From Chloroflexaceae bacterium (GTDB lineage Bacteria; Chloroflexota; Chloroflexia; Chloroflexales; Chloroflexaceae): 64,000 bases of DNA. This document shows, piece by piece, positions 37,264-44,930 of the stretch. Numbering within the stretch: position 1 is the stretch's first letter; every line of letters starts with the position of its first letter. A program made the position numbers and the translations under genes. The notes under the pieces are model-generated. The model made no database searches, was not told the DNA's origin, and saw only the letters and a list, made by a program, of their open reading frames with translations. The DNA lies in contig DAOTUJ010000155.1 of the NCBI GenBank assembly GCA_034437175.1, positions 10,558-74,557 of the forward strand. Direction: 5' to 3'.

Positions 37264-37950
37264 ATGAGTAAACCGCTAGCAGCCCCCAGTGTTGACGCTT
37301 CACGCCGTGTCTTGCAAATTGCCGAGCGCGAAGTCGGCCGCATTATCCTTGACATTCACGACGGGCCGGTACAGAATATCTTTGCTGCGCTCTCGAATTT
37401 GTATGTGACCCAGCGCCGGCTCACGCAGAGCCTCGGCCCGGAATGCGACGAGGATCTTGAACGGATCAAGCGCAGCATTATGCTGCTCGAACATTCGCTC
37501 AACGAGATTCGTACCTTTATGGGTGCGTTCCGCCCACCCGAATTTGAGCGCCGGAGTTTGCTGGCCGTTATCGAAGGGCTGGTTATTCAGCACGAGGAAA
37601 TGACCGGCAACACTATCGAGTTGCTGGTTCAAAATCGGCTGCCGGAAGTGTCCCTACCGGTCAAAATCAGCCTCTATCGCATTTTGCAAGAGGCGCTGTC
37701 GAATGCATCGCGCCATAGCCATTCCGACCGACACACTGTGATGCTCTCCAACGACGGCGCAAACGTCAAAATGGAAGTCCACGACGAAGGTCAGGGCTTC
37801 GATCCGGCTACCGTTATGAATGGCGGCAACGGCAGCCACATTGGCCTGGAAGGAATGCGCGAGCGCGTGGCCGTGCTGGGCGGCCAGTTTGCCATCAGCA
37901 GTACGCCCGGCCACGGCACCCGCGTCTGTGTGGTCGTGCCACGCGAGTAG
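37264..37950 (+). CDS. soluble HisKA_3-type histidine kinase without a recognisable input domain
   Basis: The H-box is ILDIHDGPVQNIFAA (HisKA_3 style). The HATPase_c motifs are LQEALSNASRH and DEGQGF...GLEGMRERV. The protein is only 228 aa with no TM helix. Confidence 0.8.
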   Translation: MSKPLAAPSVDASRRVLQIAEREVGRIILDIHDGPVQNIFAALSNLYVTQRRLTQSLGPECDEDLERIKRSIMLLEHSLNEIRTFMGAFRPPEFERRSLLAVIEGLVIQHEEMTGNTIELLVQNRLPEVSLPVKISLYRILQEALSNASRHSHSDRHTVMLSNDGANVKMEVHDEGQGFDPATVMNGGNGSHIGLEGMRERVAVLGGQFAISSTPGHGTRVCVVVPRE

Positions 37951-37998
37951 CGGAACCTATCCCTTTGGGCGACTCTGCCGCAGGCGAAATAAGCTCCG

Positions 37999-38027
37999 GC
38001 GCCGTCGGACTTGAAGGCCGACGGCGC
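37999..38027 (+). other. hairpin between the kinase and regulator genes
   Basis: GCGCCGTCGG-ACTTGAAGG-CCGACGGCGC has a 10-bp GC-rich stem. It lies inside the 82-nt intercistronic gap. Confidence 0.55.
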
Positions 38028-38047
38028 AAGTTATGGAAGTAAAACCT

Positions 38048-38686
38048 ATGCGATCAATCCGGGTTGTGCTGGCCGATGATCACGCGCTTGTGCTCGAAGG
38101 TATGCGCTCGCTACTCGAAGCCGAAGAGGATATCGAAGTGGTCGGTACCGCCAGCAATGGCGCCGATGCGCTACAGGTCGTCCGTGCGCATCGCCCCGAT
38201 GTGGTGGTTCTCGATCTGCAAATGCCCGGCATCGACGGCCTGACCTGCCTCGAACAGATCCGCCGCGAAGGCTTGCCGATCAAGGTGCTGGTGCTCTCGG
38301 CCTTCAACGACGGCGACTCGATGCAATCGGCGCTCGAACGCGAGGCCGATGGCTTCGCTTTGAAAACCGAACCGCCCCAGCAAACCATCGCCTGCATTCG
38401 CCAGGTCTACAGCGGCCATCTGGTGTTCCCCCAGTCCGCCAAACGCTGGCTGCGCACCCATCGCCAGCGCCCACGCGAACAGAGCAGCGAACTCAGCGAA
38501 CGCGAAGAAGAAGTGCTCGAACTTGTTGCCCGCGGCCTCACCAACTCGCAGATCGCCCGCCGGCTCATGGTCAGCGGCAATACCGTCAAGTTCCATCTGC
38601 AAAACATCTACCAGAAGCTCAACGTCGGCAATCGCACCGAAGCTGCCGCCGTCTTCTACCGGCTGCGTCAGGAGCAATCACCATGA
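38048..38686 (+). CDS. NarL/LuxR-family response regulator
   Basis: IRVVLADDHALV...VVVLDLQMPGIDG...VLSAF is the receiver domain. The LuxR HTH is LSEREEEVLELVARGLTNSQIARRLMVSGNTVKFHLQNIYQKL. The start could also be ATG 38033. Confidence 0.9.
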   Translation: MRSIRVVLADDHALVLEGMRSLLEAEEDIEVVGTASNGADALQVVRAHRPDVVVLDLQMPGIDGLTCLEQIRREGLPIKVLVLSAFNDGDSMQSALEREADGFALKTEPPQQTIACIRQVYSGHLVFPQSAKRWLRTHRQRPREQSSELSEREEEVLELVARGLTNSQIARRLMVSGNTVKFHLQNIYQKLNVGNRTEAAAVFYRLRQEQSP

Positions 38687-38952
38687 CGCAACTGCTGGTT
38701 TTCCTCGGCATCGCCCTGCTGCTGATCATTCTGGCGGTGGCTGCCTGGCGCTTCTGGCTGAGCTACAGCCGGATCACGCCCGAAAGCGAGGAATTCGAGG
38801 AACGCCTGGCCGACCTGAACGAAGTCCAGGCTCATCGCTATTCCGATGGTGAGATCCGCCGCGTCTACTCCCCCGAGGAAGCCTGGAGCGAAATGATCGA
38901 TCGCGGGCGCCGTCGCCGCCGGCGTCGTGCGCGCCGCCGCCGCCGCCCCTGA
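38683..38952 (+). CDS. small single-pass membrane protein with a poly-arginine C-terminus
   Basis: A 4-nt ATGA overlap links it to the regulator stop. There is an N-terminal TM helix (LLVFLGIALLLIILAVAAW). The tail is RGRRRRRRRARRRRRP. Confidence 0.6.
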   Translation: MTQLLVFLGIALLLIILAVAAWRFWLSYSRITPESEEFEERLADLNEVQAHRYSDGEIRRVYSPEEAWSEMIDRGRRRRRRRARRRRRP

Positions 38953-39013
38953 AATCGCCCGGCTTCAGGAAATCATAAAAGACCAGACGCACGCTGTTTT
39001 AGCGGCAAATCAG

Positions 39014-40354
39014 CTAAAAAATCGGCAGGTAGCGACTTAACTCCCACTGCGAGACGCTGGTGCGATACTCTTCCCATTCTTGCTGCTTGGCATCGAGAAA
39101 ACGTTCGTAGATATGCACGCCCAGCGCTGCCTGGACGACCTGGTCGCGCCGCAGGGCTTCCAGCGCCTCGCCCAACGTACGCGGCAGCACTTCCAGCCGG
39201 CGCGCCCGCGGATCGACGTGAAACAGGTCTTCCTCCGCCGCCTCGCCCAGCGGCAACTCGCGCCGGATGCCGTCCAGTCCGGCCGCCAGCATCACCGCAA
39301 ACGCCAGGTAGGGGTTGCAACTCGGATCCGGGCAGCGCAGCTCGACCCGCATCGTCTGCTCACGCCCACTGCTTACCCGCGGCACCCGTACCAGCGCCGA
39401 GCGATTGGTACGCCCCCAACTCAGGTAGACCGGTGCCTCATAACCCGGCACCAGCCGCTTGTAAGAATTGACCAGCGGCGCCAGAATCGCAATCATCGCC
39501 GGGGCGTGATCGAGCAGGCCGGCAATGAATTGACGTGCTTTCTGCGACAGGCCGTAAAAATCAGCGGGATCGTAGAATACATTCTGCCTGGTTTGCCGGT
39601 CAAGCAGATTCTGATGTACATGCATGCCGTTGCCGTTAACCCCCATCAGCGGCTTGGGCATAAAGGTCGCATACAGGCCATTCAACTGGGCGACCGCCTT
39701 GATCACCACCCGCGAGGTGACCGTATGGTCGGCAGCGCGCAGCGCGTCACTATAGCGCAAATCAATCTCGTGCTGGCCATCGGCAACTTCGTGATGGCTG
39801 GCATCGACACCAATACCGAAGCTCTGCAAAGCGCGCACCATTTCGCGCCGAATATGAATGGCCTGATCGGTGGACAGATCAAAATACCCGGCATCATCGT
39901 GGGGCCAGGCCGCCATTTTGCCGTCACTACCGCCGCGAAACAAAAAAAATTCCAGTTCCGGACCCACCACATACTCGTAGCCCATGGCGGCGGCTTCATG
40001 GACCGCGTTGATCAGCACCTGGCGCGGATCGCCGGCAAAAGGGCGGCCATCCGGCGTATACACATCACAGATCAACCGCCCGGTAATCATGCCCTCTTCG
40101 TTGTCCCAGGGCACCCGCGCATAAGTGCTTACATCGGGCACCAGATACATATCGCTCTCAACGATCCGCGCAAAGCCCTCGATCGATGAACCATCAAACC
40201 AGACTCCGTGCGTCAGCGCGTCTTCCAGCCCTTCGACCGGAATACTCACCGTTTTGACCATGCCTAGAATATCAATGAACTGCAAATTGATGAAGGCAAG
40301 GCGCTCATTGGCCACCTTCGTGAGCAGTTCGGCGCGCTGATCGTTAGTCATCAT
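39014..40354 (-). CDS. glnA: glutamine synthetase, type I
   Basis: The 446-aa protein has GS beta-grasp and catalytic-domain motifs (FIDILGMVK, GPELEFFLF, MPKPL, NGNGMHVH, SWGRTNRSALVR). Confidence 0.95.
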   Translation of the reverse strand: MMTNDQRAELLTKVANERLAFINLQFIDILGMVKTVSIPVEGLEDALTHGVWFDGSSIEGFARIVESDMYLVPDVSTYARVPWDNEEGMITGRLICDVYTPDGRPFAGDPRQVLINAVHEAAAMGYEYVVGPELEFFLFRGGSDGKMAAWPHDDAGYFDLSTDQAIHIRREMVRALQSFGIGVDASHHEVADGQHEIDLRYSDALRAADHTVTSRVVIKAVAQLNGLYATFMPKPLMGVNGNGMHVHQNLLDRQTRQNVFYDPADFYGLSQKARQFIAGLLDHAPAMIAILAPLVNSYKRLVPGYEAPVYLSWGRTNRSALVRVPRVSSGREQTMRVELRCPDPSCNPYLAFAVMLAAGLDGIRRELPLGEAAEEDLFHVDPRARRLEVLPRTLGEALEALRRDQVVQAALGVHIYERFLDAKQQEWEEYRTSVSQWELSRYLPIF

Positions 40355-40365
40355 CGACCTCCATG

Positions 40366-41967
40366 TTACCGTCGCGGCTTTGCAATCGAAGCTTTGACTG
40401 CCTTGCCCCGTATCGTCGTAGCGTTCAAACCACGCAACACGCGCTGCGCATGATCCACCGGTACTTCCACAAACGTAAACCGATCATAAATATCAATACT
40501 GCCGACACTTTTGCCCGGCAGACCGCATTCATTGGCAATCGCGCCTACAATATCCGCCGGGCGCACCCGGCCGCTCCGCCCAACATCCAGGAACAGGCGC
40601 TGCATACCGGGTTCAGCTCCTGCGCCATCGCCCTCAACGCTGCTGATCGTATCTTCAGTCTCGACTTCATTCAAGAGCAATTTGAATGCCGCCGCCGCCA
40701 GATTGACGGTATCGTATTCGGCACTCATCTCCTCGACCATCAAAATGTAGGGATCAATCGAACTGTCTTCATTGTCCAGCAGCGTCCGCAGCGAGTCCTT
40801 GAAGGTTTCCCGACGGCGTTCGGCCACATCAGCCAGCGAGGGAATGCGCTCGCGCACAATTCGCGCCCGCGTCGAACGCTCGATCTGCGTCAACTGTCGC
40901 CGTTCGCGCGGCGTAATCAGCGTCAACGCACGCCCGGTACGCCCGGCACGCCCGGTGCGCCCGATCCGGTGAACGTAGACTTCCGGGTCGGAGGGAATAT
41001 CAAAGTTCACCACATGGCTGATGTCGCTAATATCGAGCCCGCGTGCCGCCACATCGGTGGCCACCAGCAATTCGATCTGCCCCTCGCGAAAGCGCCGCAG
41101 CACCCGTTCCCGTTGCGACTGCGACAACTCGCCGTGGATCACATCCGCCGGGTAACCACGCCCTTGCAGGCTCTCACCGAGTGCATCAACCTCACCGCGC
41201 GTCCGGCAGAAGATGATCGCCGAGGCCGGCGCCTCGACATCAAGAATCCGTGTCAGCACATCAAGCTTGTCACGCGCCGCCATTTCATAGTAATACTGCT
41301 GGATCCGCGGCACCGTCAGTTGTTCGGCTACCACATTCACCCGCCGCGGATCGCGGCAGTAACGCTCGGCCAGGCTGGCCACCGCCGGCGGAATCGTCGC
41401 CGAAAACAGCGCCGTCTGGCGCTTGTCCGACGTATGCTGCAAAATGAACTCGATGTCCTCGACAAAGCCCATCGCCAGCATCTCATCGGCTTCATCGAGC
41501 ACAACCATACGCACTGCATCGAGCGATAATGTCCCCCGGCGCAGGTGATCCATAATTCGGCCCGGCGTACCAACCACCACCTGCACGCCCTGTTGCAACG
41601 CTCGCAACTGGCGCACAATAGGTTGACCACCGTATACCGGCGCCACCCGGACGTGCTGGCCCTTGCCGTAGCGATACACCGACTCAGCGACCTGCATTGC
41701 CAGTTCGCGCGTCGGCGCCAGAATCAACGCCTGTGGATATTGATCGGCCTGCAGATCATGCAAGATCGGCAGGGCGAAAGCCGCCGTTTTACCGGTTCCC
41801 GTCTGCGCCCGCGCAATCAGATCGTGGCCGGCCAGGAGCAAGGGAATCGCCTGCTCCTGAATCGGCGTCGGTTCTTCATAGCCAAGTTCCCTGATGGTCT
41901 GAAGCAACTGGTCTTTTAACCCCAGCGCGGCAAAGTCTAGCATGAGCCTCTTTTCATTTCTTGCCAA
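40366..41967 (-). CDS. deaD: DEAD-box ATP-dependent RNA helicase with DbpA-like C-terminal RNA-binding domain
   Basis: Motifs AQTGTGKT, PTRELA, VLDEADEM, SAT and HRIGRTGRAG are present. The C-terminal region has the DbpA-type fold pattern (FLDVGRSGRVRPADIVGAI). Confidence 0.9.
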   Translation of the reverse strand: MARNEKRLMLDFAALGLKDQLLQTIRELGYEEPTPIQEQAIPLLLAGHDLIARAQTGTGKTAAFALPILHDLQADQYPQALILAPTRELAMQVAESVYRYGKGQHVRVAPVYGGQPIVRQLRALQQGVQVVVGTPGRIMDHLRRGTLSLDAVRMVVLDEADEMLAMGFVEDIEFILQHTSDKRQTALFSATIPPAVASLAERYCRDPRRVNVVAEQLTVPRIQQYYYEMAARDKLDVLTRILDVEAPASAIIFCRTRGEVDALGESLQGRGYPADVIHGELSQSQRERVLRRFREGQIELLVATDVAARGLDISDISHVVNFDIPSDPEVYVHRIGRTGRAGRTGRALTLITPRERRQLTQIERSTRARIVRERIPSLADVAERRRETFKDSLRTLLDNEDSSIDPYILMVEEMSAEYDTVNLAAAAFKLLLNEVETEDTISSVEGDGAGAEPGMQRLFLDVGRSGRVRPADIVGAIANECGLPGKSVGSIDIYDRFTFVEVPVDHAQRVLRGLNATTIRGKAVKASIAKPRR

Positions 41968-43071
41968 CTAATCGACTTCCAGGATCGCCGGTCGCGCAAC
42001 CAGAGTCGCGCCGACCGGGATTGCAATGGTTGGCCAGTTTTTGCTCTCGGTCAGCAATTCCCAGCCATTGTCCGTTACCAGGATGGTATCTTCACACTTG
42101 ACACCTTCGAGCGAAGGATTCCAGGCCAGCGCCTGCCCGGCCGAAATGCGATGCGGCGAACCGGCATGCGCCATCCAATCGCGGATCTCGTAGCCGGTAG
42201 CCCCGCCCTGATGATGCTGCGTCCAGGCATCTGCAAAACCAACCCGCGCATAGGCTGCCTGCATCGCCGCGAATACCTCTGCGGCGCCGGTACCCGGCCG
42301 CGAGGCCACAATCGCCGCCGCGTCAACTTCGGCACAGGCCCGATTCCGCTCAATCAACGCGTCCGACAACGGCCCGAAGTGCAGCAAACGGGTCAGACTG
42401 ACGACCAGGCCGTGACGACGCGCACAGAGCACCAGCATGACATATTTCTCGACCACTCGCGTCGTCGGGATCGGGTGCCGAAAATGCTGTGCACGCTCAT
42501 CGCTGCCAACCAGCACCAGCACCGGGGCAATGTCCCGCAAATAACATTCTTCACTGATCAAGCCGGCGACGGCAAATTCACGCATGCCCGGCGCGATTTC
42601 ACCGACAGCCGTACTGAGTGCATCCCCGGCTCGTACCCCCAGATCGCGCAAACGATCCTGCTCCTCCAGCGTCAGCACCGCCCGTGCCTCGGTCAGCGCC
42701 GCGTCGACCCGGTACGGCATAAATTCGCTGTCGCCGCCGACCGGCCCACCGCCGCTCAACTCAACGACCAGTTGCGCCAGACGCCCGGATTCATACCAGG
42801 AATATGTCACCAACTCGAAGGGCAGCCCCGGCAATACTTCAGCCGCCAGGCGCGGCGCTTCGATCTCGTTAGCCAGCACATAATCACCTTGCGCAGTGAA
42901 GAGTACCAGAGCTGCCGCCGACTCGCTGTGCGGTGCCAGGCTCGCCTCGGCACCACACAGCGCCCAGCTCACATTGCTGTTGCGCATCAGCGCCAGGCCG
43001 GCCAGTTCCTCGCGTTCCATCAATTCGGCAACCCGCTGCCGCTTGATGGCCAGCTCCTCATTGAGACTCAT
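41968..43071 (-). CDS. M24-family metallopeptidase (Xaa-Pro peptidase/creatinase-like)
   Basis: There is a creatinase-like N-domain and a pita-bread C-domain (HHQGGATGYE...EDTILVT). Its stop abuts the helicase start codon. Confidence 0.75.
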   Translation of the reverse strand: MSLNEELAIKRQRVAELMEREELAGLALMRNSNVSWALCGAEASLAPHSESAAALVLFTAQGDYVLANEIEAPRLAAEVLPGLPFELVTYSWYESGRLAQLVVELSGGGPVGGDSEFMPYRVDAALTEARAVLTLEEQDRLRDLGVRAGDALSTAVGEIAPGMREFAVAGLISEECYLRDIAPVLVLVGSDERAQHFRHPIPTTRVVEKYVMLVLCARRHGLVVSLTRLLHFGPLSDALIERNRACAEVDAAAIVASRPGTGAAEVFAAMQAAYARVGFADAWTQHHQGGATGYEIRDWMAHAGSPHRISAGQALAWNPSLEGVKCEDTILVTDNGWELLTESKNWPTIAIPVGATLVARPAILEVD

Positions 43072-43388
43072 AGCGCGCTCCTCTGATACTTTTTAAACTC
43101 TCCCGGCAGTACGGTAACACAAGCCGGCTTTCCTGATCCATGGATTGGATAAACATCTTCGGACAACCACGGGAAACTGCCTGCCGGCGGCACAACGATG
43201 AGCATACTATTTTCTCTATTATAGTATAGCGCAGGTCTGCGTTGGCTTACCGAAACCAGACCGCCTCAGCGATCACGAACATGCAGAATATGGTATGCTA
43301 TACTCTGATAATTATCCCAGAAGCCAGATGCGAGTTCAAGCATACAACCTGATCACAGTTTGCACCCAATCCCCTGGCAGGTTCACCT

Positions 43389-44858
43389 ATGACTGATCCG
43401 AGAGCCCGAATCGTATTAGCCGACGACGACCCCCTGCTGGCCACCCTGCTCCGCGATACTCTGGAGGATGCCGGTTACCACGTCCTCGTCGCCAGCAACG
43501 GCGATGAACTGGTGCGCATCGCACAGGCCCAGGTGCCGGATTTGCTGCTCATCGACTTGATGATGCCGTTGCTGGACGGCTTTGAGGCGATCCGTCAGCT
43601 ACGCAATGACACACGCACCGCCCATCTTCCTATGATTATTCTCACCGCCCGCAGCAATCCCAATGAAGTAATTTCCGGCTTCGACAACGGCGCCGACGAT
43701 TATATCGTCAAACCTTACGATACCGACGTGCTGCTGGCCCGCATTCGCGGCCACCTGCGCCGCGCTGCTCAGTTGCCCGTTCGCAATCCGTTGACCGGGC
43801 TGCCCGGCAATATGTTGCTCAAAGCTGAATTGCAACGGCTACTGGATCAACAACAACTCTTCTGTCTGCTCTACATCGACCTCGACAATTTCAAGGCTTT
43901 CAACGATGCCTATGGCTTCGCCCGCGGCGACCAGGCGATTCATACGCTGGCCAATGTATTGACGAACACGGCGAACGAAACCGATTTTGTCGGCCACATC
44001 GGCGGCGATGATTTTGCTATTATCCACCATGGCCTGGCAATTGAGCAACTCTGCCATCGCCTGATCCAGGCCTTTGATCAGCAAATCCGCCGGCTCTACG
44101 AGCCAGCCGATCTCGCGCATGGCTATATCAAAAGCCCTGATCGCCACGGTACCGTTCGCAGCTTCAAATTGCTCAGTGTCTCGATTGCCGTCGTCAGTAC
44201 GGCCTGGCGTGATTTTACAACCGTCGACGAAATGAGCAAGATCGCTGCCGAACTCAAACGTGCCGCCAAAAGCATCCCGCAGAGCAGCTATCAGTTAGAT
44301 CGTAATCATCAGCCGGCAAAGCCTGACCGCACCGATCAGCAATCCGTTAGCCCGCTGCCGGACGCACCGGCCGACCTTCAACCGGCCAACCAGACCAAAC
44401 ACCCGACCGGCTTCCGGCACATCTATGAATTCTGGCCCCACCTGCAAGCTCGCTTCAACGCCGGCCATATCGTCAGCATCGCCGTACTCGATGTCGACGA
44501 TTTCCGCTCGATCAATGCCAGATTTACCCATCACGTCGGCAACAGCGTGCTCACACAGATTGCCGATATGCTGCGCGCCCACTGCCGGCCCGGCGATATC
44601 ATCGCGCATTATGGCGGCGAAGAATTTGCCCTGATCTTCTCCGACACGCCGCTCGCGGAAGCAGTTGGTATTTGCGAACGCATCCGCCTGGCAATTGCTC
44701 AGAGCGATTGGTCGCCCATTGATCCGGCACTGATGGTAACCGTCAGTGCCGGCGTGGCCGATTACCACGGCCACGCCTCCGCCGATGCAGTGCTGGCAAG
44801 CGCCGAGTTGCGGCTGCACGAAGCCAAAATGAGCGGCAAAAATCAAGTACGCGCCTGA
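43389..44858 (+). CDS. response regulator with two GGDEF-type domains (REC-GGDDF-GGEEF)
   Basis: The receiver is RIVLADDDP...DLMMPLLDG...LTAR. The first domain has HIGGDDFAI and the second has HYGGEEFALIF. Confidence 0.85.
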   Translation: MTDPRARIVLADDDPLLATLLRDTLEDAGYHVLVASNGDELVRIAQAQVPDLLLIDLMMPLLDGFEAIRQLRNDTRTAHLPMIILTARSNPNEVISGFDNGADDYIVKPYDTDVLLARIRGHLRRAAQLPVRNPLTGLPGNMLLKAELQRLLDQQQLFCLLYIDLDNFKAFNDAYGFARGDQAIHTLANVLTNTANETDFVGHIGGDDFAIIHHGLAIEQLCHRLIQAFDQQIRRLYEPADLAHGYIKSPDRHGTVRSFKLLSVSIAVVSTAWRDFTTVDEMSKIAAELKRAAKSIPQSSYQLDRNHQPAKPDRTDQQSVSPLPDAPADLQPANQTKHPTGFRHIYEFWPHLQARFNAGHIVSIAVLDVDDFRSINARFTHHVGNSVLTQIADMLRAHCRPGDIIAHYGGEEFALIFSDTPLAEAVGICERIRLAIAQSDWSPIDPALMVTVSAGVADYHGHASADAVLASAELRLHEAKMSGKNQVRA

Positions 44859-44915
44859 AGGCCGGTGTGCCGGCTGAGGCACAATGCCTCAGCCGGCACA
44901 CCGGCCTTCAGGCGC
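44851..44915. terminator. 65-nt perfect palindrome between convergent genes; left arm contains the stop codon
   Basis: GCGCCTGAAGGCCGGTGTGCCGGCTGAGGCA-CAA-TGCCTCAGCCGGCACACCGGCCTTCAGGCGC has 31-nt arms, verified by hand. The TGA at 44856-44858 lies inside the left arm. Confidence 0.75.
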
Positions 44916-44930
44916 ATTCCGCAGTTGCGC

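Noticed and set aside
38915-38952. Arg-codon-rich run (CGC/CGG/CGT) as a simple-sequence repeat or frameshift-prone pseudogene end.
   Set aside because: The codons are mixed synonymous Arg codons in one frame ending at a proper stop. That is consistent with a selected poly-Arg tail rather than slippage-generated DNA. It is retained as part of the three-gene finding instead.
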